From: Iphione sp. A-MEVVRFRX5
Taxonomy: Eukaryota
Direction: 5' to 3'
Length of the DNA: 64,000 bases
NCBI GenBank assembly: GCA_976226885.1
Contig: OZ320319.1
Coordinates: 71,610,001 to 71,674,000 of the forward strand
Part shown: positions 1-13,220 of the stretch, in pieces
Layout: every line of letters starts with the position of its first letter
Position numbering within the stretch: position 1 is the stretch's first letter
Position numbers and translations under genes: made by a program
The notes under the pieces: model-generated
Told to the model about the DNA's origin: nothing
What the model saw: only the letters and a program-made list of their open reading frames with translations
Databases searched by the model: none

Positions 1-1921
1 GATTGATTTATATTCAAATTTTCAATCACGAATATCCGAAAGGATGTATTTTAATAGCACGAATCTCAAACGCATGGTGACCACTGTATTTTCTGTATTT
101 GCATCGAATGCGACAAGATGAATGCTTGTTTTTTGTATCTCATAACCGGTGCATTTTCTTCCATTTTTACGAATTCTGAGGAAAATCTCTCCTATATTCA
201 AAGGACGCCTTTTAAAGGTATCTTTTCCGTACCATGAACAGCAATTGATAGGGCCTAAAGTATTTAACGGCATGGTCACTCCCTTTGCTGTCCGTAGTAG
301 TTTGCAGATGTACAAAACAAGATCTATCAGAAAGCCTGGAGAACATTGACTGAAATCCACTCTTTTTAACCTGTGACATCAATGCATCATGACACTATTT
401 CATACATTCCAGATTGAAGGTGGTTGACAAACTGTACCCAGGGAAGGTACTACGCAGGAAAAACTTGAGGAAGCCCTGGTTTGAAAGTACCTGTCCTGAA
501 GTTACCAAATAGGGAAACAAGTTGTTCTGGAAAGCACAGAAAACCAAATTTACGATGATTGGCTGATGGTCAAACTACAAATAAGAAAGGTTTACGACAG
601 TAATTTTGTGAAATAAGAGAAATTCTGGCAGGAAATCAATAGAAACTTCTTAAAATCAAGCAGTCCATCCTTGCATTCTGAGTCACAGCAGGCTTGAGTA
701 TAAGCTATAGAAAATCAACACACTGAAAGGGTAGATCTCATTTCTCAGTTCACTCGAATAGAATATTAAGAGAATATTATAAGAGTGTGCAGGTATACCA
801 GGCTGTACCAGGTGACTTTCGCAGACAGAGCTGACCAACCCTGCAGGGTGAGGTTACTGTAGTCTGCCCAAGTCACCGAGTCGGCTGAGTATATCTGCAC
901 ACTGCTGGAGTAATCTGGATATAATTTGACTTCCAAATTATGGCAAAAGCCTTTTCAACTTTGATTTTAGCACGAAGATAGAGGATGACAATATTTAAAT
1001 CTGTCACCATGTTGAATGAAGCATCATGGGAGTGTGTTCGGACCACAGTGCCCTTTTTTAGGCAGGTACCCAGTTTTTAACATTATTACATTGCATATAC
1101 GAAAGTTAGGTATAGGTGCCAATTGAGAACTCAAGCATATCCTAGTAATGACATTTTTTTTATTTTCAGTTTGTAAGTGAACCAGATATTTTGAAAATGA
1201 GATGATTATGGCTAAAAATGGGTGCATTCCTCTTCCAAATAGAATGTTTATGCACAATTGATCAATTATGTGCTTTGTTCAGTGATAAAACTTCTGTTAT
1301 TCCTATATTTCAAATGAATGCATGTTGACCTTTAATCTGGTTCAAACAGTCTCCGAGTGTGCCTAACAAAGCTGTGTGGTGACCCCCTAATATGCATACA
1401 ATCCATAGTCATTATCCCGGCATAGAGCTATAATAAAAAATTAATACTAAACCTTGTCGCTGAACCCACGTATACAACAGATATATTCCAGCCCAGCTGG
1501 GATACCTGCGTGACAGGTCGTAGAAGTGGAGCCCATTAGAATTTCCCTGTGTGCCTTACAGATTATGGATGCAAGAGCGTATCAACTAGCCAAGTTCATT
1601 TACACGTTCATTCGACAATCAAGGGCATTTCTCTAGGCTGGCGATCTGAGGTATGCGTGTTCAACCGAAACCTTCAGAATTTTGTGTGTTGTCCACCCCC
1701 CCCCCCCCAACCCCATACCCCCGGCCTACGATTGTTCGCCCAGATCTGACTGTGCCCACATAAAACGTCTCCGTCAGGATCCACCCCTGACTGGCGAACT
1801 TCAATAGAATGTACACAGGGCTGTCACTTTGTAGATATCTGCATGCAGATGATCATGGGGTCTTTGTGGGTGATCATAGGAGGGAAAAGAAACAAGAAGG
1901 GAGAGAATCGTCGAGAAGAAC

Positions 1922-1927
1922 AGAGAA

Positions 1928-1966
<39 letters not shown>

Positions 1967-2000
1967 CACAGAGAGACAGAGAGAGAGAGAGGGAGAGAGA
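1922..2000. repeat. (GA)n/(GACA)n compound microsatellite
   Basis: Directly visible runs of gaga and gaca. Confidence 0.95.
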
Positions 2001-3073
2001 GCAACGGAGAGTTGATGAGACGAGAGACTTCCCGTAAACACCATGCATCCACCATTCGATGACACTGCATGTATTATTAGTAAAGTACATCGAGATTCAA
2101 AAAGAGACGTTATGTATTTCCAGTGAATAACTGTCATATACAATAAATTTTAATGTGTCTCTTGTTGGAGGGAAAGAGAGGTAAAGGGGAAAACGTGTGG
2201 GTAGTAGGCCTACTGTCAGCATGTGTAAGAATGAACATTTAGTCTACATCCTATGCTGGTCGCTCCTAACGTATTGGACAATGCAACATAGCAAATCGTG
2301 CATTCATCCTCTTAAAATACGCGGCTCATTTCACCAAAAATGTCATAAACAGAATTATCATATTCTTAAAACCGCACCGTAAGCAGACAAAAATGAGAAA
2401 GCGACCCAATCCTAACAGTTTGTTTCCGAACAAGTAACCTTGCCATTGCAATATATATACATTTAAGATTCTTCGTGATGACTACTCAAAAGGGTCATGT
2501 TCAGTAGGAATGGTATATATATGTAGACGTCGATACCGTGTGTTTGCCGGTGCTTTTGTACTGTTTTGTGTGTTATTCAACGCTTGGTGACTTCATCGTC
2601 CTCTTGATCTCTGTTGCATTTGCCTTATACAAATAAATTTTGAATGAACCTTTCAAAAGCGAATATTTCGCGGATATGCCCCTCAAGAGACGTTGATTCA
2701 AAGGCAGCGATCCGATGTTGCTGTGTAGTGGGCGATGATATAGTGTTTGACCTTGCTGCTGTCAGAGGTCAAGCCGCCCCCGCCGTTTTTTTCAATCTTG
2801 CTCCTTTGCCTCTAAGAGTATCTTGGGTTGTGCGTGCTTTCGCTGGTATTTCCTTTGACATGTGTCATTCACCAACAGAGAACTGCTAAATGGTACTAAA
2901 TCTAAAGCTTTTATTTGCATTTTGTCTTTAGAAACGATTTAATAGATATATGGGGCTTGAAGCATCCATTTTTACATAGAGATACATGTAGATACATGTA
3001 ATACCCCCCCCCCATGTCATTCAGTTTATATTTAATTCTGATTCAGTTACACCTCATTTGAGACTCATCAAGG

Positions 3074-3208
3074 AATTCTAAAGGATTAGTTAGTGAATCA
3101 GAAGAATTCCAAGAAAGTTTAAAATATCCAAGTTCTGCAAAAGAATAAAACGGGTTAAATCACATTACAAATGCCTTGCCTCCGACGTGGACATCCTTAT
3201 TTAAGGGA
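3074..3208 (+). mobile_element. Possible degraded L1/Tx1-type LINE ORF2 C-terminal fragment
   Basis: Manual translation NSKGLVSESEEFQESLKYPSSAKE*NGLNHITNALPPTWTSLFKG resembles, from memory, the G..LS..EF...Y.GL..AIP..W pattern of L1/Tx1 ORF2 C-termini. It contains an internal stop, and no search was run. Confidence 0.25.
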
Positions 3209-6200
3209 TATCTTCTCTGCGGGTGGTAAATTCTGTTATAAATTCCAATCGAGCTCATCATAAAAGTATCCCTACCCAGGTCTAACCTGGTAGAATAGGA
3301 GGAGGCAGTCCTATTGGGTAACAAATTGCCAAGAATCCAAAAAGGTTAGTTAATCATTCACTCTCCTTTAGTATTGGAAAAATGTTTGACAGTGAATTAA
3401 GGTGGCTGTCAGAACATGACGAAACAACCACAGTGACATTCTCTGCTGGTGTCTTTTACATTCAGTTCATTTGCCTGCTGTAACGTGTTGTTATATTGAT
3501 TACATGGGTTGATTTTTCTACTATTGTCTAAAATTACCTATACATTTACTGCCATTCTGTAATTCGCTTTACAGTATCATGGTTGGAGAATTTTCTATGC
3601 ACAGTTTTGCATTTGTACCTACAGGCAACAACTTGCATTACATGAAAGGTTGAAGGTGTACAGTACCCAAATCATTTCATGTACTAGTAAAACACAGGAG
3701 GAGCAATAATATATAAAGTAAATCTTGGAGTCTTGTTATACTTCTGCTTTGGGAGCGATGTTCTGCGCGTGATTACAATTTGGGTTCGGACCTCGTGAAA
3801 GTGACTTGTTTACTGGCCGATGTCTCAGCGGGGCCTCGACCGACAGAGTGCAAACTACCACAGCAAGCGGTCCTTCCAGCTGTGCCAGGTCCTTCACATG
3901 CTACACCCTGATAGTTCCGGCCGCGGGAAGGCGGATCGCCAGATGGGCAGGCAGTGGAAAAAAGGCAAGGAAGCTCGAAATCCTTCCCCATGGGGTGCGT
4001 TGCCTGTTGTACAGATTAGCTATACTTTCCTACCTTTATGGATATGTTAGCCTATCAGTTGACTACTTCCTGCCATGTGACCATAGCCGTTGGCAATCTT
4101 CTCAGACCATTCTGCTATGACATGTCTTCAATTCACAGTCCTTCAATTGTACTTGACTGACAGCAACAGGGCTACGCCCACATAGTGTCAGGCAACGACA
4201 CAACCAGTCTTCGGAGGACTGGATTGGGTGGCAGTGAATTTATGACCAAGACCTCAGGAAGTGGCTCACGGCCCAGCTGCAAAGGCAACAAGAGGCCCAG
4301 CCACAATAGCAGGAAATCAGTAGGTATTCGCAAGTAGCGGCAAGTGAGTATAATTATCTGTGATTTTTCTTTGTGCGATTTACTATTCATTTAAATCATC
4401 GATTCTCTACCTGTTCTGTTATAGTGATGTATCCGCTGCTAACTGCTTTATACACTGTTGTCAGCCTTATTTTACTCATCTGCTTACAGATGGCCAGCCC
4501 ACCTCCGTAGAGGAGATCAGTCCTCTACAATGAACCATTGTACCGGTAGCTGAGGACTTTGTGGCCCTGGAGGCTCTAGTGGGCCGACTGGACGGCCTGC
4601 TGTGTGCTATTTCCAATTCGAACTCATCTAGAGGCTCAGCTGTGGTGTCAGCGGACAGTTCCAATTAATAGAGCCAGCCTCACCACCAAAAAACAAAAAT
4701 GAATATTTTGTATTCCAACCTTCAATTTCTTTTAGATTAATGGATGGAGATATCCATGTCACATTGGGTCCTCTCCAACCCGCCAATCACCCAATTTTAC
4801 AATGATTACTTGTATATATGCCGACTTGGCTACCTAAGGGATAATTGCTGCATGATTTTCGATGACTTCTTGAAGAAATGCACTGTTTCGTTTTCTATTT
4901 TATACATAGATTCATCCCATGCCATACTATTACATTCTTTGTGTTTTAGCTATAACTTTTATTTCTTGTTCAAATCGTATTTAATTTGCATTTTCATACA
5001 ATCAAACTCATTTACACATACCATGCCCGGGTGATGCAATGACAGATTTTATATTTTATGAGGCTTGATTTCAACCCAACCTTGTCCCTGATCCCAAATT
5101 TTCGGTGCATGTTTCTGATATTTTTGACATCTATACTATATAAACTAACGTGCTCCCATGTGCCTGTAAATATTGCTTTAAACATGGACACATGTTGCAG
5201 ATTGGAACATGTGCGATTTTCATGGAGCACAGATCCATGTCGAGGATAGGAGTATATGAAACAGGGATTAGTGTGATGGTTTATGTGAAGAAATTTCCAC
5301 AAAAAAAGACACACAATATACAGGTTCTAATAGATTCCTGAAAGATGTGCTGTACCACAGTAACGTTAAGGTTACAAAATTGGTATGTGCAAACAAAGCT
5401 CATGATGTCACAATATCCAGAGGAATAAAACTGTGTATGTAAAGTGGAAAGTTATAAGAAATTAAGTATGAGCCTTTTGTAGAGAGCATAAAGTGTGCAG
5501 TTGAATATTTTTGGTGTACAATGTCTGTACTTGGATGGCATACGTGGTGAAGCTTAGTCTGTAGGAAGTGTTAACTTGTTTATGTAAAACACTATCTTAT
5601 GTATCCATTAATGAGCTTGGACAAAAAAGCTATCTAGACTTAATATTTTGTGGGAACTTGGTCCTTTGTCCTAATTGTGACGTTAAGATTGGATATCTGT
5701 CCATGTTTTAATAGACTTATTTACCAATTGACACATCGCTGCGTGACAGGATGTCATGTTTTACTGTCACGCTACTTGTCAATCAAAGTGTTCCATAGCT
5801 AATGACGTTATGCTATTTTGTCACGTGACTTGTGTAACCAATCAATGCAGATGACATTTAAGCGACACTGTCGGTCGTGTGTGATCTTATCATAATCATG
5901 ACTGTCACATGTTATGTGGTTATGTTAATGTATAGACATTATATCCATTGAGAACATGCTGAAGCATCTATATTTATTTTCAGAGTATATGAGAAAGTGC
6001 AGTACATGGATAGTATGACTAGAAACCTTTTTTTAAAATTTTGAATATTGTATGTGACCGTAATGAAAGTATGACTGTCACGTTGTGATGAGTGGGCGTG
6101 GCTACATGACAGTATGGCGATGTGTCAATTTAAGGGTATATAAGACAAGTGATGCATTTCCTTGGGAACTCGTATAGTACAATCACAAGAGACTTTGCTG

Positions 6201-9200
6201 CTACTCAGCAATAAAAGGCTTCAAGACAAACCTCTGGTGTGGTGTATATTTTATTGTTATGTAAAGTGCACAAAATTGACATAACTTTGTTACAAAAGTC
6301 AAAGGCACAATTAACACATATTCTACCCATTTTTTGAGACATTTACACACATTGACACAAACTTTTAGTTGTTTTTTAAAGTATTTGCACAAAAAGGCAC
6401 AATGTACACAGAGTTCCGAGACATGTATATACATACATCTTTACATGCATATGTAAATATATTGGATGAATATATATGCATGTATGTTAGATGTATGCCT
6501 TAGAAGGTGATATATGTGGAAGCATACTCTAATATACATGTATATAATAATATGAACCTTGACTGTGAGACTGACCATCTGACAGATAGTTGACAGATGG
6601 CTAACAGTATGCTGGAAGTATTACAGGCAAAATGACTTTATAAAAAGACAATTTCATGTACCTCCTGTGATAGAGAAAATCTCGATTGTGACTTTTATCA
6701 GCGGACACTTAGATGCGTGATGGCTTACAGTATGCCGCATGAATATGTGACTAACAATATGCCTTTATGAGAAGATATTTTCACATAAAAACGAATAAGA
6801 ACTTCATTGTGTCTGTTTGTAGGTATTCTTGGTGTAACTACCAATGCGTATGTATTGAGACCTAAACCGTAACATCAGGGAGTATAGGTTTCACATTCAA
6901 CTGTATTTCACTCTTTCATTGTAAGAAACAATGTGATGGTATTTCCAAATCACATATGCTTCCATCGGCATTTAACGTCGGTGATCTTTCATTTCTCTGA
7001 ACTTCATAATAATCCTCCCATGTATAGAAGTCATTTCGCCGTACACCGTAAGTTATATTTCTAGGAATACATTGAAATAATGTCTTCCATATAAGGTTAT
7101 ACCAAAGTGCTCAAACAAGTTTAAATCCAATTACATTTCAGATACGTTTCTGTGTTATAACTACATGTATATTCTTCTTTGTATTAAGAGGAAATTTCTT
7201 GGACCATGTTTTTCTGTGACTGTCTCACAATGGTACAAATGTCTCCGTTTTCGTGCCTCAGAAGGTTTTTAGTCGAATAATATATTTTTTCGCTGCTGCC
7301 TTCCATATGACTAATATAAATCCTAATACTTTTGAAAATATTATTAGACTTGAGCACGCCAGGGCCCGTGCCTTCTGTTGTGATACCCGCCACCCACCTA
7401 AACCTAACCCCGTTGAAGGGGCCTTTGAAAAAATCCTACCAGGGTAGGTGTATTAGCGGAGGTATTCACACCTGACTCGACAGGTGGGACGTATTCCAAG
7501 GTGTCCCCACTCCAGGGCCAGGCAAAGGGCACTACGCCCTCTAATACAGGCCCTCTCCATGCCCCCCACGCACCCTTGCGTGTCCCTGGAGGAGACCTCA
7601 CCTGGGGCAGGAAGACTGGCACGGTCTCAGCAGGGATCGCGGGTAAAACAAGGGACAATGTCGGTAGTGTCTCACAACACACGAATAACCAGACCAAGGG
7701 GCCCCACTCGAACAGAAACTGTTCGACCACTAATGAAACAACACCCAGAGTGTCAACAGCTTTGAAAGCAGGATAAGGCACGGCTGGTGTTGGCTGAGTG
7801 TCGACAAGATATTTGTGTACAGACCGGTTTGCAGGCGGATGGCGATATACACTGATATTATAATAACTGTCCACGCTTGGTATTGCCAACGCCCACACCA
7901 CACCCTCTGCCCCGACCCACGCCTATCCTGCGCTGGAGATATCAATTTACTCAGCCATCCTCCTTCTCCTACTCCTACCAGCCGGGCTGTTGACCTTCAG
8001 CCGACCTTCAGTCGTTGGTGGTAAAATATGCCAACACGGCAACAACCTCGACGATGCCGTATACGGTTACAACAGCTACGGCGCCCCTCCCCTCACGTAG
8101 GACTACAATACGGAGGCGTATGTGTGCCTTACGTGCATCAATGACAAGCAATACGCCTAAGTCGACTCTCTCTTGCTATCAAATTATTTCAGACAATTTA
8201 ACTCCATCGATGTAAGCCATAATTGTTCGTTAACAAGGAAATGTTATCGTTTTATAATGAAATATGTGTAAAATCTATTGCAATGATTCGCCATAAAAGT
8301 CAGGATAGTAAATACTACGTAAACACCTGTGGCGAAATCGTACTTAATCGTAGCTGTAAATACAAAAGATTCGTACCACGATCTGTCAAACAGGGCCGTC
8401 TCGTGAATGACATGTTTTGACATAAACTGACTGCTGTAAGATAAAACAAAAAGAATCGAGGATGTTATATCCATCGCTACAGCAGTGTACACATCAAAGT
8501 TAAGTACGAGTTCACTAAAATGATAAAGTATGTAATCAACTTACTCACCATTTTGCTTTTCCACTGATTATAAACTGGATTGATTTGATTAGCCTTGATT
8601 TTGTTTCATTCTTTTTCTTATTGGTGCGATGAAGATATCACCCAGTACTTTGGACGTGAATTATATTTATTTCAGCTCAAAGTAGCCATGCTCTGATAGC
8701 CTAGCTGTGCCTCATAATATAGCTATATCTTCATAACCTCGTCATATCTGTTTAAACAAGCCTTGCCTTCACAATCCAACAATACCTGTACAAACTGTGT
8801 GTTTGGGCCACATAGGATAACACCACGAGTGCACAAATGTAGCATGTAGCGTACTCCATGTCTCTGTGCATCCTGTTTTCGGAATGGAATGTGTCCTATT
8901 CCACTATGTTATCATGTCATTGTATGTGTGTTTGGAATGGGAACTATAGTTAGGTACTGGATTGTAAACAGTGAACACACTACATGGGGACACAGAGGAA
9001 ACAGTGGTCAACATGGGGAGATAATTCACGGTGGCCCACAGCCATACATACTACATGGGTGCATGGAAAATGGGCCTTCAGTAAGGATGAAAACAAGAGA
9101 TTGTTCTAGGACGTTTAGTAGTTGTAATCATGCTCCTTTACTATTCATTTTATAGGTTTTATTTCTTAGGAAAAGATGGTTAGAGTCTAGGTGTGTTCGG

Positions 9201-10419
9201 GTACGTATGTCCTATTACGAAGCTGGCATGACTTGACAAAACAGACCATGGAATGCCAGGCGTTATAATCAAATGGTACCAAAACCAAGTTCTGAAATGA
9301 CCCCTGTCATGCTCTAAATTAGCAAGCTATGGCTGCTGATGATGACGGCTTTGGGAACAAGGGGAGATCGTAGGGACAATGAAGAGGTTGTACAAGACTG
9401 TTTTCGTGTAAGTGTGTACATTCTTAACAGCTCTCACCCTTACTCCTCAATCTCGTTCACTCTCCTCATAGTCCTTTACACATTTACAGTCTCACAGTGT
9501 GGGGCATGCAGTGTGTGTAGGAAATTGTAGTATTTATAGATAGATAGATAGATAGATACTCACGAGAAAGACTTTTTAAATGTATATTCATGCTATATTC
9601 ATATGAAATTTGACAAAGTTTGACACCAGTTATAATTATTTATATTGCCTAAACACACTAGTTGAAGTAACCTACACACACCAGTTACCTACATATATCA
9701 ATCTTACTAAGGCCAAACTTCATGCACCCATGTACCTTGTAAGACGGTATGATGCAGTGGACAGGCTCTCCATGTCACCATTCTTGTATATATCCATGTA
9801 GCATGCTTACTGTTTAAACATCAGCTTGTCAACCATGCATGGTTCCCATTCCAAACACACATACACAGGTGTGAAAACACAGTGAAATGAAACATGTTCC
9901 ATTAATAAAAATCATGCTACACACAGACACACAACATGCTACATGCTACACAGATACATGGAGACACTCCTTGCGTTATTCTATATGCCCAAATACCATA
10001 CTGGTTCATGCATGAACATGCAACATGGATACAGGTGTGTATTGAAATTAGGCCTTTAGGTATTACATCACCTATGCTGTGCCAATACGTCCAACTCTGT
10101 GTGATTGTACAGACATGTCTTACCCTGTGTGATTGTGGCAACATGTTCCGCCTTATGCGCCTGTGGTCAATAAGCCACACCATGTGCATTTGCTGATATT
10201 ACTCACTACCAGCCGACCCAAAATAATACTAACACAAAATAACAATACAATACAAATTCCAATGGCGAAGACAATCTTTTAATTCTGAGAACATAATAGA
10301 CAATTGTAGCTACCTCTTGAGGTCGAAGTACATCAAAAATACATATTGTCTCTAGAGACAGAAGCAAATATACATGAACTCTGATGGTCTCACGCCGAGA
10401 TGTGTGGGTCTGGAAGGAA

Positions 10420-12363
10420 TTAAAATGAAGAAATATGGGATATCAGAGATGAAGGGATTGAAACACGTATGATATGAGGATGTTGTGAAATGAAATTCTT
10501 AACAACTGCCCTATACTTGGGCGCTGTAGGAAGACGTGAGAGGGCGTCAGCGACGATCATTTTTTCTCCCGGCAGATGAGAGAAAACCAAGGAAACATTG
10601 AATCTGGCAGCTCTATACCAGACTGCTCTCAAAATTCTGGATAAGAAATAATCCTTGGACCTTCCTGTACTAAGGACTGAAATAGTGGCACTATTATCAC
10701 AGATGACTTCGATCCTAGAGTTCTGGTTATGAGGGCCGATGAAGAGATGAATGGCCACAGCAGTATTAAACGCCTCGAGCTGAGAGATGGGCAGATGAGC
10801 TAGGGAGGGGGGGGTGGACTGAGTGTAGTAGTAATTTGAGTTATATGCCCCCATGCCTACGAGGCAGGCGTCACAATATATGACGTCGGTGATTACTGGT
10901 GGAGTGATGAGGCGCACGCCGTTGAAATGTGGGAGGAATACAAGAAACCATCTCAAATCTCTTTTCACTGGATCTGTAAGTGAAACAAATGAGGAGTCGG
11001 GACGTGAAGCCTGTCGTATCTCATGTAGGATGGAGTTGATGAAGTAGCGGGCTGGTGGGGAACACTTCACTATGTGGTTGATTAACCCGACCACGCTCTG
11101 AGCCTTCTTAAGGGGAATGGATGAGAGGAAAATAATGCTTTGTATGGATTGAATGAGGTCTTGGATTTTCTGTTGAAGAATTGACATGGTAAGTGTGTTG
11201 GTGTCGAATGTGACGCCGAGCCAGGTTAGATTTCGTGTAGGGAGGACACACTTGTCGTGTGCGAGTTGTAGACCTAAATTGGAGATAAGAAGCTGTGCAT
11301 AGGAAAAGGCTTTGGAGATTTGTGAGTATGAGGGTGAGATGAAAACATAATCATCTAGATATGCGAATAGGGTAACATGTGGGAAATTACATGAAATATG
11401 TTTGACAATGACGGAGGAGAGTTCTTGAAGCAGGAGAGAGGAGTAGCGAGTTCCAAACGGTAGGGAAAGATCAAGGTAGAAATTACTGTTAAATTCAAAT
11501 GGGAGGAGGGGCCAATCAAGGGGGTCGACAGGAAAGTATCTATATGCACGCTTGAGGTCGAGAGAAGCTAGGTATGGTTTTTGTGAAGAGGTAGAAATGA
11601 TATGAGCAAGATCTAATGGGGATGGGAGGTTGACTTTTAGGGGTATTGAATAATAGTCATTCTTTGGGATGCCAGCATTCACACCTGAATGTGAGAGGTC
11701 GAATATTACTCTCCTCTCGTGGGAATCTTTCTTGGGCCTGGTCATTATAGGATTTAGGACTTGAGGATGGGTGAATGGGTGTTGATCAAACGGGCCCCTG
11801 ATAGCGCCCCATGCGAGCTCAGTACATACATATTTGGTAATGTGGGCCTCGTCCTTGGGATCAGTGGGGTACAACGACACAGGGAGAGGCAGCGTGTCGT
11901 TAGTGTAGCCAAGGGGAAAACCGTAATTCAGAAAATCTATGAATATTGTGCCTTTATGGCCTAATGGCAGTAGTATATCAGACCAATTGCTAATGTTCAG
12001 TTGAGACTGCAGGAGCAGCCTTGCTTCCATAAAATTGGGTAGTCCAGTGGATCTGACCATAGAGTAGGTATCGGGCAGATCAGGTGGGAGGTGGGCTGTA
12101 TGGAGAGGCCAATTGAAAATTCGATGGGCCAACATCTGGTGGTGGGATCTGGAAATGGAATTATTGTCATTAGTTGTAGGGAAGTCTTGGTTGTGGGCCC
12201 AGTCATCGAAGTAATCTGCATCGTGCTGACAGTCGGATGGAATCACCACTCTTGGTTGTCCGTTCGTGCTGGTCGTTGGTCTCTGGGCTGATTCGCTGTC
12301 CAGGGCTTGGGCTGCTGACGATCCTGAAGATTCTGCTGCTGGGCCTTCTTTTTGGACCGACAT
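10420..12363 (-). CDS. Reverse transcriptase/RNase H (DIRS/Ngaro-like), 647 aa, uninterrupted
   Basis: RT motifs LDLKRAYR, LPFG and YLDD (FAYLDDYVF). RNaseH motifs YCDAC, QLEAFN, CDNSAT and HLPGEKMIVADALSR. Confidence 0.9.
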   Translation of the reverse strand: MSVQKEGPAAESSGSSAAQALDSESAQRPTTSTNGQPRVVIPSDCQHDADYFDDWAHNQDFPTTNDNNSISRSHHQMLAHRIFNWPLHTAHLPPDLPDTYSMVRSTGLPNFMEARLLLQSQLNISNWSDILLPLGHKGTIFIDFLNYGFPLGYTNDTLPLPVSLYPTDPKDEAHITKYVCTELAWGAIRGPFDQHPFTHPQVLNPIMTRPKKDSHERRVIFDLSHSGVNAGIPKNDYYSIPLKVNLPSPLDLAHIISTSSQKPYLASLDLKRAYRYFPVDPLDWPLLPFEFNSNFYLDLSLPFGTRYSSLLLQELSSVIVKHISCNFPHVTLFAYLDDYVFISPSYSQISKAFSYAQLLISNLGLQLAHDKCVLPTRNLTWLGVTFDTNTLTMSILQQKIQDLIQSIQSIIFLSSIPLKKAQSVVGLINHIVKCSPPARYFINSILHEIRQASRPDSSFVSLTDPVKRDLRWFLVFLPHFNGVRLITPPVITDVIYCDACLVGMGAYNSNYYYTQSTPPSLAHLPISQLEAFNTAVAIHLFIGPHNQNSRIEVICDNSATISVLSTGRSKDYFLSRILRAVWYRAARFNVSLVFSHLPGEKMIVADALSRLPTAPKYRAVVKNFISQHPHIIRVSIPSSLISHISSF

Positions 12364-13220
12364 TGGTCCAATTTGTGTTCGAGCTGCTTATTGTGGAGAA
12401 GAAAGCAAAACGGACATATATGAGAGAAGGTCACGTCGTTGGCAATGTGAGTTGAGGGCTCAGTACATTTTGCACTGAACCAAGCAGGGCAAGGGACGAC
12501 AGAGTCTTTCTGTAGGGTGGGGCCATCACGATTGGCCCTGGTATGAGCATTGATACACCGTTGTTTAATTGACTCGATACGTTGGGTATCTGACCATGAT
12601 AGCCTGTCGTTCCCCGTAAGGTGCCAAATTTCGACAAGCCATTCCCTGACAGGGGCCCAGCCGCTGGCCTGAACCTCTTCTGCGGTGTCTCTGATATGAG
12701 TGATGAGAGTCATAATGTCTGCAGGATATACAATGGAGGGGTCAAGTAATATACCCATGATAGAGGACACATACTGAGGAAAAGTAAATTTTCTCAAGTC
12801 CGGCTTATCAGTCTCTGACATAACAATGTAAGAGGCGGGATTCGGGCGAGCCATTTTCTTACCTACAGTTTCTAATGCTGCCGGGTACATATGAGTGAAA
12901 ATCTCTTGTATCTTGGAGGCTGCCTCAGTTTTCAAGGCAGCTGGTTGAGGTGGAGGTGACGAATCGTTGTCCTCGTCCTCGTGTACGTCTGAACTTGAAC
13001 CGGCCACAGCAGTCGACTGACCTTCGGCCATTTTGGCCGCTGCAGCACGAGTGGTCACTGTCGTGGTTGAAAATTTCTTGGTCTTTTGGGAACTCTTGGA
13101 CTCCTTGGGCTCCTTGGGGTCCAATTTGTCCAAACGGTCCTCGATGGCTTTCATCTTTTCAAGCATTTTGACCAGAATTTCGCCTTCCTCCTCGGTGACA
13201 CCTGACTTTGGGTCCGGCAT
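12243..13220 (-). CDS. Gag-like ORF1 of the DIRS/Ngaro element, 325 aa from the ATG at 13220
   Basis: Intact ORF overlapping the RT ORF by 121 nt. It contains GWAPVREW...W and a Cys/His cluster (CPAWFSAKCTEPSTH...HICPFC...H....C). The ATG context is GCAACAATG; the ORF track starts at an upstream GTG. Confidence 0.75.
   Translation of the reverse strand: MPDPKSGVTEEEGEILVKMLEKMKAIEDRLDKLDPKEPKESKSSQKTKKFSTTTVTTRAAAAKMAEGQSTAVAGSSSDVHEDEDNDSSPPPQPAALKTEAASKIQEIFTHMYPAALETVGKKMARPNPASYIVMSETDKPDLRKFTFPQYVSSIMGILLDPSIVYPADIMTLITHIRDTAEEVQASGWAPVREWLVEIWHLTGNDRLSWSDTQRIESIKQRCINAHTRANRDGPTLQKDSVVPCPAWFSAKCTEPSTHIANDVTFSHICPFCFLLHNKQLEHKLDQCRSKKKAQQQNLQDRQQPKPWTANQPRDQRPARTDNQEW

Noticed and set aside
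22-360. 112-aa and 66-aa ORFs at the window start
   Set aside because: No recognisable motifs or convincing splice context; consistent with chance ORFs.
1563-1650. Exon-like segment bounded by ttacag and gtatgc
   Set aside because: The splice signals look plausible, but no translation matches FUOM or any protein I recognise.
5677-6293. Possible solo LTR (TGTGACG start, TATATAA ~6136, AATAAA ~6210)
   Set aside because: I found no matching TSD, PBS, PPT or second copy, so the boundaries cannot be supported.
7340-8210. GC-richer island with a 165-aa minus ORF; considered as a decayed integrase or as the missing tyrosine recombinase
   Set aside because: All plus-strand frames have multiple stops, and no YR (R...HxxR...Y) or DDE motifs are recognisable in the translations I could check.
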